The notes: generated by a model from the letters alone, not told the origin. A stretch of 64,000 nt of DNA from Eledone cirrhosa (GCA_964016885.1 OZ024743.1:210180001-210244000); one strand, 5' to 3'; numbered from the stretch's first letter, positions 1 to 14,700 are shown. Numbers and translations are program-made.

Positions 1-55
1 GCCACACATGAAAGCTCTTCACTCCATAAGATATACCACAGTTTACCATCCTATA

Positions 56-115
56 GTCAAGCCACGGATGAAAGCTGTTCACTCCATAAGATATACCACA
101 GTTTACCATCCTATA
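56..115 (+). repeat. 60-bp monomer variant (GTCAA-GCCACGG start); example copy, recurs throughout
   Basis: 5-bp insertion GTCAA before GCCACGGATG; usually followed by a GTCACAC...ATAACAC monomer and then a 53-bp monomer. Confidence 0.95.
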
Positions 116-170
116 GTCACACATGAAAGCTTTTCACTCCATAAAATATAACACAGTTTACCATCCTATA

Positions 171-223
171 GCCAGATGAAAGCTCTTCACTCCATAAGAT
201 ATACCACAGTTTACCATCCTATA
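171..223 (+). repeat. 53-bp monomer variant (GCCAG start, CA deleted); example copy, the commonest length variant
   Basis: GCCACAGATG shortened to GCCAGATG; next monomer starts at 224. Confidence 0.95.
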
Positions 224-1209
224 GCCACAGATGAAAGCTCTTCACTCCATAAGATATACCACAGTTTACCATCCTATAGCCACAGATGAAAGCTCTTCAC
301 TCCATAAGATATACCACAGTTTACCATCCTATAGCCACACATGAAAGCTCTTCACTCCATAAGATATACCACAGTTTACCATCCTATAGCCACAGATGAA
401 AGCTCATCACTCCATAAGATATACCACAGTTTTCCATCCTATGGCCACACATGAAAGCTCTTCACCCCATAAGATATACCTCAGTTTACCATCCTATAGC
501 CACAGATGAAAGCTCTTCACTCCATAAGATATACCACAGTTTACCATCCTATAGCCAGAGATGAAAGCTCTTCACTCCATAAGATATACCACAGTTTACC
601 ATCCTATGGCCACACATGAAAGCTCTTCACCCGATAAGATATACCACAGTTTACCATCCTATAGCCACACATGAAAGCTCTTCACCCCATAAGATATACC
701 ACAGTTTACCATCCTATAGCCACACATGAAAGCTCTTCACTCCATAAGATATACCACAGTTTACCATCCTATAGCCACAGATGAAAGCTCTTCACCCCAT
801 AAGATATACCTCAGTTTATCATCCTATAGCCACACATGAAAGCTCTTCACCCCATAAGATATACCACAGTTTACCATCCTATTGCCACACATGAAAGTTC
901 TTCACTCGAAAAGATATACCACAGTTTTCCATCCTATAGCCACACATGAAAGCTCTTCACTCCATAAGATATACCACAGTTTACCATCCTATAGCCATAT
1001 GAAAGCTCTTCACTCCATAAGATATACAACAGTTTACCATCCTATAGCTACACAGGAAAGCTCTTCAATCCATAAGATATACCCCAGTTTACCATCCTAT
1101 AGCCAGATGAAAGCTCTTCACTCCATAAGATATACCACAGTTTACCACCCTATAGCCACAGATGAAAGCTCTTCACTCCATGAGATATACCACAGTTTAC
1201 CATCCTATA

Positions 1210-1269
1210 GCCACGCCACGGATGAAAGCTATTCACTCCATAAGATATACCACAGTTTACAATCCTATA
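1210..1269 (+). repeat. 60-bp monomer variant (GCCAC-GCCACGG start); example copy
   Basis: Direct duplication of GCCAC; usually carries TTTACAATCC and follows a CCATGAG monomer. Confidence 0.95.
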
Positions 1270-4200
1270 GCCACAGATGAAAGCTCTTCACTCCATAAGA
1301 TATACCACAGTTTACCATCCTATGGCCACAGATGAAAGCTCTTCACTCCATAAGATATACCACAGTTTACCATCCTATAGCCACAGATGAAAGCCCTTCA
1401 CTCCATAAGATATACCACAGTTTACCATCCTATAGCCACAGATGAAAGCTGTTCACTCCATAAGATATACCACAGTTTACCATCTTATAGCCACACATGA
1501 AAGCTCTTCACTCCATAAGATATACCACAGTTTACCATCCTATAGCCACACATGAAAGCTCTTCACTCCATAAGATATACCACAGTTTACCATCCTATAG
1601 TCAAGCCACGGATGAAAGCTCTTCACTCCATAAGATATACCACAGTTTACCATCCTATAGTCACACATGAAAGCTCTTCACTCCATAAGATATAACACAG
1701 TTTACCATCCTATGGCCACAGATGAAAGCTCTTCACTCCATAAGATATACCACAGTTTACCATCCTATAGCCACAGATGAAAGCCCTTCACTCCATAAGA
1801 TATACCACAGTTTACCATCCTATAGCCAGAGATGAAAGCTCTTCACTCCATAAGATATACCACAGTTTACCATCCTATGGCCACACATGAAAGCTCTTCA
1901 CCCCATAAGATATACCACAGTTTACCATCCTATAGCCACACATGAAAGCTCTTCACCCCATAAGATATACCACAGTTTACCATCCTATAGCCACACATGA
2001 AAGCTCTTCACTCCATAAGATATACCACAGTTTACCATCCTATAGCCACACATGAAAGCTCTTCACTCCATAAGATATACCACAGTTTACCATCCTATAG
2101 CCACAGATGAAAGCTCTTCACCCCATAAGATATACCACAGTTTATCATCCTATGGCCACACATGAAAGCTCTTCACTCCATAAGATATACCACAGTTTAC
2201 CATCCTATAGCCACACATGAAAGCTCTTCACCCCATAACATATACCACAGTTTACCATCCTATTGCCACACATGAAAGTTCTTCACTCGAAAAGATATAC
2301 CACAGTTTACCATCCTATAGCCACACATGAAAGCTCTTCACTCCATAAGATATACCACAGTTTACCATCCTATAGCCAGATGAAAGCTCTTCACTCCATA
2401 AGATATACGACAATTTACCATCCTATAGCTACACATGAAAGCTCTTCAATCCATAAGATATACCCCAGTTTACCATCCTATAGCCAGATGAAAGCTCTTC
2501 ACTCCATAAGATATACCACAGTTTACCACCCTATAGCCACAGATGAAAGCTCTTCACTCCATGAGATATACCACAGTTTACCATCCTATAGCCACGCCAC
2601 GGATGAAAGCTCTTCACTCCATAAGATATACCACAGTTTACAATCCTATAGCCACAGATGAAAGCTCTTCACTCCATAAGATATACCACAGTTTACCATC
2701 CTATGGCCACAGATGAAAGCTCTTCACTCCATAAGATATACCACAGTTTACCATCCTATAGCCACAGATGAAAGCTCTTCACTCCATAAGATATACCACA
2801 GTTTACCATCCTATAGCCACACATGAAAGCTCTTCACTCCATAAGATATACCACAGTTTACCATCCTATAGTCAAGCCACGGATGAAAGCTCTTCACTCC
2901 ATAAGATATACCACAGTTTACCATCCTATAGTCACACATGAAAGCTCTTCACTCCATAAGATATAACACAGTTTACCATCCTATAGCCAGATGAAAGCTC
3001 TTCACTACATAAGATATACCACAGTTTACCATCCTATAGCCACAGATGAAAGCTCTTCACTCCATAAGATATACCACAGTTTACCATCCTATAGCCACAG
3101 ATGAAAGCTCTTCACTCCATAAGATATACCACAGTTTACCATCCTATAGCCACAGATGAAAGCTGTTCACTCCATAAGATATACCACAGTTTACCATCCT
3201 ATAGCCACACATGAAAGCTCTTCACTCCATAAGATATACCACAGTTTACCATCCTATAGCCACACATGAAAGCTCTTCCCTCCATAAGATATACCACAGT
3301 TTACCATCCTATAGCCAGATGAAAGCTCTTCACTCCATAAGATATACCACAATTTACCATCCTATAGCAAGATGAAAGCTCTTCACTCCATAAGATATAC
3401 GACAGTTTACCATCCTATAGCCACACATGAAAACTCTTCAATCCATAAGATATACCTCAGTTTACCATCTTATAGCCACAGATGAAAGCTCTTCACTCCA
3501 TAAGATATACCACGGTTTACCATCCTATAGCAACACATGAAAGCTCTTCACGCCATAAGATATACCTCAGTTTACCATCCTATAGCCATAGATGAAAGCT
3601 CTTCACTCCATAAGATATACCACAGTTTACCATCCTATAGCCACACATGAGAGCTCTTCACTCCATAAGATATACCACAGTTTACCATCCTATAGCCACA
3701 GATGAAAGCTCATCACTCCATAAGATATACCACAGTTTACCATCCTATGGCCACAAATGAAAGCTCTTTACCCCATAAGATATACCTCAGTTTACCATCC
3801 TATAGCCACAGATGAAACTCTTCACTCCATAAGATATACCACAGTTTACAATCCTATAGCCACAGATGAAAGCTCTTCACTCCATAAGATATACCACAGT
3901 TTACTATCCTATAGCCACACATGAAAGCTCTTCACTCCATAAGATATACCACAGTTTACCATCCTATGGCCACACATGAAAGCTCTTCACCCCATAAGAT
4001 ATACCACAGTTTACCATCCTATAGCCACACATGAAAGCTCTTCACTCCATAAGATATACCACAGTTTACCATCCTCTAGCCACAGATGAAAGCTCTTCAC
4101 CCCATAAGATATACCACAGTTTACCATCCTATAGCCACACATGAAAGCTCTTCACCCCATAAGATATACCACAGTTTACCATCCTCTAGCCACACATGAA

Positions 4201-4351
4201 AGCTCTTCACTCCATAAGATATACCACAGTTTACCATCCTATAGACAGATGAAAGCTCTTCACTCCATAAGATATACGACAGTTTACCATCCTATAGCCA
4301 CACATGAAAGCTCTTCAATCCATAAGATATACCCCAGTTTACCATCCTATT

Positions 4352-4402
4352 GCCAGATGAAAGCTCTTCACTCCATAAGATATACCAGTTTACCACCCTA
4401 TA
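4352..4402 (+). repeat. 51-bp monomer variant (CA deleted at both CCACAG motifs); example copy
   Basis: GCCAGATG...ATACCAGTTTACCACCCTATA; recurs about once per HOR. Confidence 0.93.
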
Positions 4403-7400
4403 GCCACAGATGAAAGCTCTTCACTCCATAAGATATACCACAGTTTACCATCCTATAGCCACGCCACGGATGAAAGCTCTTCACTCCATAAGATATACCA
4501 CAGTTTACAATCCTATAGCCACAGATGAAAGCTCTTCACTCCATAAGATATACCACAGTTTACCATCCTATGGCCACAGATGAAAGCTTTTCACTCCATA
4601 AGATATACCACAGTTTACCATCCTATAGCCACAGATGAAAGCTCTTCACTCCATAAGATATACCACAGTTTACCATCCTATAGCCACAGATGAAAGCTCT
4701 TCACTCCATAAGATATACCACAGTTTACCATCCTATAGCCACACATGAAAGCTCTTCACTCCATAAGATATACCACAGTTTACCATCCTATAGCCACAGA
4801 TGAAAGCTCATCACTCCATAAGATATACCACAGTTTACCATCCTATGGCCACACATGAAAGCTCTTCACCCCATAAGATATACCTCAGTTTACCATCCTA
4901 TAGCCATAGATGAAAGCTCTTCACTCCATAAGATATACCACAGTTTACCATCCTATAGCCACACATGAGAGCTCTTCACTCCATAAGATATACCACAGTT
5001 TACCATCCTATAGCCACAGATGAAAGCTCATCACTCCATAAGATATACCACAGTTTACCATCCTATGGCCACAAATGAAAGCTCTTCACCCCATAAGATA
5101 TACCTCAGTTTACCATCCTATAGCCACAGATGAAAGCTCTTCACTCCATAAGATATACCACAGTTTACCATCCTATAGCCACACATGAAAGCTCTTCACT
5201 CCATAAGATATACCACAGTTTACCATCCTATGGCCACACATGAAAGCTCTTCACCCCATAAGATATACCACAGTTTACCATCCTATAGCCACACATGAAA
5301 GCTCTTCACTCCATAAGATATACCACAGTTTACCATCCTATAGCCACATGAAAGCTCTTCACTCCATAAGATATACAACAGTTTACCATCCTATAGCCAC
5401 ACATGAAAGCTCTTCAATCCATAAGATATACCCCAGTTTACCATCCTATTGCCAGATGAAAGCTCTTCACTCCATAAGATATACCAGTTTACCACCCTAT
5501 AGCCACAGATGAAAGCTCTTCACTCCATAAGATATACCACAGTTTACCATCCTATAGCCACGCCACGGATGAAAGCTCTTCACTCCATAAGATATACCAC
5601 AGTTTACAATCCTATAGCCACAGATGAAAGCTCTTCACTCCATAAGATATACCACAGTTTACCATCCTATGGCCACAGATGAAAGCTCTTCACTCCATAA
5701 GATATACCACAGTTTACCATCCTATAGCCACAGATGAAAGCTCTTCACTCCATAAGATATACCACAGTTTACCATCCTATAGCCACACATGAAAGCTCTT
5801 CACTCCATAAGATATACCACAGTTTACCATCCTATAGTCAAGCCACGGATGAAAGCTCTTCACTCCATAAGATATACCACAGTTTACCATCCTATAGTCA
5901 CACATGAAAGCTCTTCACTCCATAAAATATAACACAGTTTACCATCCTATAGCCAGATGAAAGCTCTTCACTCCATAAGATATACCACAGTTTACCATCC
6001 TATAGCCACAGATGAAAGCTCTTCACTCCATAAGATATACCACAGTTTACCATCCTATAGCCACAGATGAAAGCTCATCACTCCATAAGATATACCACAG
6101 TTTACCATCCTATGGCCACACATGAAAGCTCTTCACCCCATAAGATATACCTCAGTTTACCATCCTATAGCCACAGATGAAAGCTCTTCACTCCATAAGA
6201 TATACCACAGTTTACCATCCTATAGCCAGAGATGAAAACTCTTCACTCCATAAGATATACCACAGTTTACCATCCTATGGCCACACATGAAAGCTCTTCA
6301 CCCCATAAGATATACCACAATTTACCATCCTATAGCCACACATGAAAGCTCTTCACCCCATAAGATATACCACAGTTTACCATCCTATAGCCACACATGA
6401 AAGCTCTTCACTCCATAAGATATACCACAGTTTACCATCCTATAGCCACACATGAAAGCTCTTCACTCCATAAGATATACCACAGTTTACCATCCTATAG
6501 CCACAGATGAAAGCTCTTCACCCCATAAGATATACCACAGTTTACCATCCTATAGCCACGCCACGGATGAAAGCTCTTCACTCCATAAGATATACCTCAG
6601 TTTATCATCCTATAGCCACACATGAAAGCTCTTCACTCCATAAGATATACCACAGTTTACCATCCTATTGCCACACATAAAAGTTCTTCACTCGAAAAGA
6701 TATACCACAGGTTTCCATCCTATAGCCACACATGAAAGCTCTTCACTCCATAAGATATACCACAGTTTACCATCCTATAGCCAGATGAAAGCTCTTCACT
6801 CCATAAGATATACCACAGTTTACCACCCTATAGCCACAGATGAAAGCTCTTCACTCCATGAGATATACCACAGTTTACCATCCTATAGCCACGCCACGGA
6901 TGAAAGCTCTTCACTCCATAAGATATACCACAGTTTACAATCCTATAGCCACAGATGAAAGCTCTTCACTCCATAAGATATACCACAGTTTACCATCCTA
7001 TGGCCACAGATGAAAGCTCTTCACTCCATAAGATATACCACAGTTTACCATCCTATAGCCACAGATGAAAGCCCTTCACTCCATAAGATATACCACAGTT
7101 TACCATCCTATAGCCACAGATGAAAGCTGTTCACTCCATAAGATATACCACAGTTTACCATCCTATAGCCACACATGAAAGCTCTTCACTCCATAAGATA
7201 TACCACAGTTTACCATCCTATAGCCACACATGAAAGCTCTTCACTCCATAAGATATACCACAGTTTACCATCCTATACTCAAGCCACGGATGAAAGCTCT
7301 TCACTCCATAAGATATACCACAGTTTACCATCCTATAGTCACACATGAAAGCTCTTCACTCCATAAGATATAACACAGTTTACCATCCTATAGCCAGATG

Positions 7401-7784
7401 AAAGCTCTTCACTACATAAGATATACCACAGTTTACCATCCTATAGCCACAGATGAAAGCTCTTCACTCCATAAGATATACCACAGTTTACCATCCTATA
7501 GCCACAGATGAAAGCTCTTCACTCCATAAGATATACCACAGTTTACCATCCTATAGCCACAGATGAAAGCTGTTCACTCCATAAGATATACCACAGTTTA
7601 CCATCCTATAGCCACAGATGAAAGCTCTTCACCCCATAAGATATACCACAGTTTACCATCCTATAGCCACACATGAAAGCTCTTCACCCCATAAGATATA
7701 CCACAGTTTACCATCCTATAGCCACAGATGAAAGCTCTTCACCCCATAAGATATACCACAGTTTACCATCCTATAGCCACACAT

Positions 7785-10700
7785 GAAAGCTCTTCACCCC
7801 ATAAGATATACCACAGTTTACCATCCTATAGCCACACATGAAAGCTCTTCACCCCATAAGATATACCACAGTTTACCATCCTATTGCCACACATGAAAGT
7901 TCTTCACTCGATAAGATATACCACAGTTTACCATCCTCTAGCCACACATGAAAGCTCTTCCCTCCATAAGATATACCACAGTTTACCATCCTATAGCCAG
8001 ATGAAAGCTCTTCACTCCATAAGATATACGACAGTTTACCATCCTATAGCCACACATGAAAGCTCTTCAATCCATAAGATATACCCCAGTTTACCATCCT
8101 ATTGCCAGATGAAAGCTCTTCACTCCATAAGATATACCCGTTTACCACCCTATAGCCACAGATGAAAGCTCTTCACTCCATGAGATATACCACAGTTTAC
8201 CATCCTATAGCCACGCCACGGATGAAAGCTCTTCACTCCATAAGATATACCACAGTTTACAATCCTATAGCCACAGATGAAAGCTCTTCACTCCATAAGA
8301 TATACCACAGTTTACCATCCTATGGCCACAGATGAAAGCTCTTCACTCCATAAGATATACCACAGTTTACCATCCTATAGCCACAGATGAAAGCTCTTCA
8401 CTCCATAAGATATACCACATTTTACCATCCTATAGCCACACATGAAAGCTCTTCACTCCATAAGATATACCACAGTTTACCATCCTATAGTCAAGCCACG
8501 GATGAAAGCTCTTCACTCCATAAGATATACCACAGTTTACCATCCTATAGTCACACATGAAAGCTCTTCACTCCATAAAATATAACACAGTTTACCATCC
8601 TATAGCCAGATGAAAGCACTTCACTCCATAAGATATACCAGAGTTTACCATCCTATAGCCACAGATGAAAGCTCTTCACTCCATAAGATATACCACAGTT
8701 TACCATCCTATAGCCACAGATGAAAGCTCTTCACTCCATAAGATATACCACAGTTTACCATCCTATAGCCACAGATGAAAGCTGTTCACTCCATGAGATA
8801 TACCACAGTTTACCATCCTATAGCCACACATGAAAGCTCTTCACTCCATAAGATATACCTCAGTTTACCATCCTATAGCCATAGATGAAAGCTCTTCACT
8901 CCATAAGATATACCACAGTTTACCATCCTATAGCCACACATGAGAGCTCTTCACTCCATAAGATATACCACAGTTTACCATCCTATAGCCACAGATGAAA
9001 GCTCATCACTCCATAAGATATACCACAGTTTACCATCCTATGGCCACATATGAAAGCTCTTCACCCCATAAGATATACCTCAGTTTACCATCCTATAGCC
9101 ACAGATGAAAGCTCTTCACTCCATAAGATATACCACAGTTTACCATCCTATAGCCACAGATGAAAGCTCTTCACTCCATAAGATATACCACAGTTTACTA
9201 TCCTATAGCCACACATGAAAGCTTTTCACTCCATAAGATATACCACAGTTTACCATCCTATGGCCACACATGAAAGCTCTTCACCCCATAAGATATACCA
9301 CAGTTTACCATCCTATAGCCACACATGAAAGCTCTTCACTCCATAAGATATACCACAGTTTACCATCCTATAGCCACAGATGAAAGCTCTTCACCCCATA
9401 AGACATACCACAGTTTACCATCCTATTGCCACACATGAAAGTTCTTCACTCGATAAGATATACCACAGTTTACCATCCTCTAGCCACACATGAAAGCTCT
9501 TCACTCCATAAGATATACCACAGTTTACCATCCTATAGCCAGATGAAAGCTCTTCACTCCATAAGATATACGACAGTTTACCATCCTATAGCCAGATGAA
9601 AGCTCTTCAATCCATAAGATATACCCCAGTTTACCATCCTATTGCCAGATGAAAGCTCTTCACTCCATAAGATATACCAGTTTACCACCCTATAGCCACA
9701 GATGAAAGCTCTTCACTCCATAAGATATACCACAGTTTACCATCCTATAGCCACAGATGAAAGCTCTTCACCCCATAAGATATACCACAGTTTACCATCC
9801 TATAGCCACACATGAAAGCTCTTCACCCCATAAGATATACCACAGTTTACCATCCTATTGCCACACATGAAAGTTCTTCACTCGATAAGATATACCACAG
9901 TTTACCATCCTCTAGCCACACATGAAAGCTCTTCCCTCCATAAGATATACCACAGTTTACCATCCTATAGCCAGATGAAAGCTCTTCACTCCATAAGATA
10001 TACGACAGTTTACCATCCTATAGCCACACATGAAAGCTCTTCAATCCATAAGATATACCCCAGTTTACCATCCTATTGCCAGATGAAAGCTCTTCACTCC
10101 ATAAGCTATACCCGTTTACCACCCTATAGCCACAGATGAAAGCTCTTCACTCCATGAGATATACCACAGTTCACCATCCTATAGCCACGCCACGGATGAA
10201 AGCTCTTCACTCCATAAGATATACCACAGTTTACAATCCTATAGCCACAGATGAAAGCTCTTCACTCCATAAGATATACCACAGTTTACCATCCTATGGC
10301 CACAGATGAAAGCTCTTCACTCCATAAGATATACCACAGTTTACCATCCTATAGCCACAGATGAAAGCTCTTCACTCCATAAGATATACCACATTTTACC
10401 ATCCTATAGCCACACATGAAAGCTCTTCACTCCATAAGATATACCACAGTTTACCATCCTATAGTCAAGCCACGGATGAAAGCTCTTCACTCCATAAGAT
10501 ATACCACAGTTTACCATCCTATAGTCACACATGAAAGCTCTTCACTCCATAAAATATAACACAGTTTACCATCCTATAGCCAGATGAAAGCACTTCACTC
10601 CATAAGATATACCACAGTTTACCATCCTATAGCCACAGATGAAAGCTCTTCACTCCATAAGATATACCACAGTTTACCATCCTATAGCCACAGATGAAAG

Positions 10701-11740
10701 CTCTTCACTCCATAAGATATACCACAGTTTACCATCCTATAGCCACAGATGAAAGCTGTTCACTCCATGAGATATACCACAGTTTACCATCCTATAGCCA
10801 CACATGAAAGCTCTTCACTCCATAAGATATACCTCAGTTTACCATCCTATAGCTATAGATGAAAGCTCTTCACTCCATAAGATATACCACAGTTTACCAT
10901 CCTATAGCCACACATGAGAGCTCTTCACTCCATAAGATATACCACAGTTTACCATCCTATAGCCACAGATGAAAGCTCATCACTCCATAAGATATACCAC
11001 AGTTTACCATCCTATGGCCACATATGAAAGCTCTTCACCCCATAAGATATACCTCAGTTTACCATCCTATAGCCACAGATGAAAGCTCTTCACTCCATAA
11101 GATATACCACAGTTTACCATCCTATAGCCACAGATGAAAGCTCTTCACTCCATAAGATATACCACAGTTTACTATCCTATAGCCACACATGAAAGCTTTT
11201 CACTCCATAAGATATACCACAGTTTACCATCCTATGGCCACACATGAAAGCTCTTCACCCCATAAGATATACCACAGTTTACCATCCTATAGCCACACAT
11301 GAAAGCTCTTCACTCCATAAGATATACCACAGTTTACCATCCTATAGCCACAGATGAAAGCTCTTCACCCCATAAGACATACCACAGTTTACCATCCTAT
11401 TGCCACACATGAAAGTTCTTCACTCGATAAGATATACCACAGTTTACCATCCTCTAGCCACACATGAAAGCTCTTCACTCCATAAGATGTACCACAGTTT
11501 ACCATCCTATAGCCAGATGAAAGCTCTTCACTCCATAAGATATACGACAGTTTACCATCCTATAGCCAGATGAAAGCTCTTCAATCCATAAGATATACCC
11601 CAGTTTACCATCCTATTGCCAGATGAAAGCTCTTCACTCCATAAGATATACCAGTTTACCACCCTATAGCCACAGATGAAAGCTCTTCACTCCATAAGAT
11701 ATACCACAGTTTACCATCCTATAGCCACAGATGAAAGCTC
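7785..11740. repeat. Tandem block duplication, 1974-bp period
   Basis: Rare markers pair at +1974: ATACCCGTTT (~8135/10109), AAAGCACTT (8613/10587), ACATTTTACC (8417/10391), AGACATACC (9401/11375); ORF starts 7884/9858. About five differences seen. Confidence 0.9.
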
Positions 11741-14700
11741 TTCACTCCATAAGATATACCACAGTTTAACATCCTATAGCCACACATGAAAGCTCTTCAC
11801 TCCATAAGATATACCACAGTTTACCATCCTATAGTCAAGCCACGGATGAAAGCTCTTCACTCCATAAGATATACCACAGATTAGCATCCTATAGTCACAC
11901 ATGAAAGCTCTTCACTCCATAAAATATAACACAGTTTACCATCCTATAGCCAGATGAAAGCTCTTCACTCCATAAGATATACCACAGTTTACCATCCTAT
12001 AGCCACAGATGAAAGCTGTTCACTCCATAAGATATACCACAGTTTACCATCCTATAGCCACAGATGAAAGCTCTTCACTCCATAAGATATACCACAGTTT
12101 ACCATCCTATAGCCAGATGAAAGCTCTTCATTCCATAAGATATACCACAGTTAACCATCCTATAGCCACAGATGAAAGCTGTTCACTCCATAAGATATAC
12201 CACAGTTTACCATGCTATGGCCACAGATGAAAGCTCTTCACTCCATAAGATATACCACAGTTTACCATCCTATAGCCACAGATGAAAGCTCTTCACTCCA
12301 TAAGATATACCACAGTTTACTATCCTATGGCCACAGATGAAAGCTCTTCACTCCATAAGATATACCACAGTTTACCATCCTATAGCCACAGATGAAAGCT
12401 CTTCACTCCATAAGATATACCACATTTTACCATCCTATAGCCACACATGAAAGCTCTTCACTCCATAAGATATACCACAGTTTACCATCCTATAGTCAAG
12501 CCACGGATTAAAGCTCTTCACTCCATAAGATATACCACAGTTTACCATCCTATAGTCACACATGAAAGCTCTTCACTCCATAAAATATAACACAGTTTAC
12601 CATCCTATAGCCAGATGAAAGCTCTTCACTCCATAAGATATACCACAGTTTACCATCCTATAGCCACAGATGAAAGCTCTTCACTCCATAAGATATACCA
12701 CAGTTTACCATCCTATAGCCACAGATGAAAGCTCTTCACTCCATAAGATATACCACAATTTACCATCCTATAGCCACAGATGAAAGCTGTTCACTCCATA
12801 AGATATACCACAGTTTACCATCCTATAGCCACACATGAAAGCTCTTCACTCCATAAGATATACCACAGTTAACCATCCTATAGCCACAGATGAAAGCTGT
12901 TCACTCCATAAGATATACCACAGTTTACCATCCTATGGCCACAGATGAAAGCTCTTCACTCCATAAGATATACCACAGTTTACCATCCTATAGCCACAGA
13001 TGAAAGCTCTTCACTCCATAAGATATACCACAGTTTACCATCCTATAGCCACACATGAAAGCTCTTCACTCCATAAGATATACCACAGTTTACCATCCTA
13101 TAGTCAAGCCACGGATGAAAGCTCTTCACTCCATAAGATATACCACAGTTTACCATCCTATAGTCACACATGAAAGCTCTTCACTCCATAAGATATAACA
13201 CAGTTTACCATCCTATAGCCAGATGAAAGCTCTTCACTCCATAAGATATACCACAGTTTACCATGCTATGGCCACAGATGAAAGCTCTTCACTCCATAAG
13301 ATATACCACAGTTTACCATCCTATAGCCACAGATGAAAGCTCTTCACTCCATAAGATATACCACAGTTTACCATCCTATAGCCACAGATGAAAGCTGTTC
13401 ACTCCATGAGATATACCACAGTTTACCATCCTATAGCCACACGTGAAAGCTCTTCACTCCATAAGATATACCTCAGTTTACCATCCTATAGCCATAGATG
13501 AAAGCTCTTCACTCCATAAGATATACCACAGTTTACCATCCTATAGCCACACATGAGAGCTCTTCACTCCATAAGATATACCACAGTTTACCATCCTATA
13601 GCCACAGATGAAAGCTCTTCACTCCATAAGATATACCACAGTTTACCATCCTATGGCCACAGATGAAAGCTCTTCACCCCATAAGATATACCTCAGTTTA
13701 CCATCCTATAGCCACAGATGAAAGCTCTTCACTCCATAAGATATACCACAGTTTACCATCCTATAGCCACAGATGAAAGCTCTTCACTCCATAAGATATA
13801 CCACAGTTTACTATCATATAGCCACACATGAAAGCTTTTCACTCCATAAGATATACCACAGTTTACCATCCTATGGCCACACATGAAAGCTCTTCACCCC
13901 ATAAGATATACCACAGTTTACCATCCTATAGCCACACATGAAAGCTCTTCACTCCATAAGATATACCACAGTTTACCATGCTATGGCCACAGATGAAAGC
14001 TCTTCACTCCATAAGATATACCACAGTTTACCATCCTATAGCCACAGATGAAAGCTCTTCACTCCATAAGATATACCACAGTTTACCATCCTATAGCCAC
14101 AGATGAAAGCTCTTCACTCCATAAGATATACCACAGTTTACTATCCTATAGCCACACATGAAAGCTTTTCACTCCATAAGATATACCACAGTTTACCATC
14201 CTATGGCCACACATGAAAGCTCTTCACCCCATAAGATATACCACAGTTTACCATCCTATAGCCACACATGAAAGCTCTTCACTCCATAAGATATACCACA
14301 GTTTACCATCCTATAGCCACAGATGAAAGCTCTTCACCCCATAAGACATACCACAGTTTACCATCCTATTGCCACACATGAAAGTTCTTCACTCGATAAG
14401 ATATACCACAGTTTACCATCCTCTAGCCACACATGAAAGCTCTTCACTCCATAAGATGTACCACAGTTTACCATCCTATAGCCAGATGAAAGCTCTTCAC
14501 TCCATAAGATATACGACAGTTTACCATCCTATAGCCAGATGAAAGCTCTTCAATCCATAAGATATACCCCAGTTTACCATCCTATTGCCAGATGAAAGCT
14601 CTTCACTCCATAAGATATACCAGTTTACCACCCTATAGCCACAGATGAAAGCTCTTCACTCCATAAGATATACCACAGTTTACCATCCTATAGCCACAGA

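Noticed and set aside
224-278. TATA-like (TATA, CCTATAG), GATA and ATG motifs suggesting a promoter or start site
   Set aside because: Short motifs expected by chance in a 60% AT monomer; no canonical TATAAA and no downstream gene.
892-901. Heat-shock-element-like TGAAAGTTCT (nGAAnnTTCn) in the TCGA marker monomer
   Set aside because: Only two pentamer units, whereas canonical HSF binding needs three, and it arises from a single C>T change.
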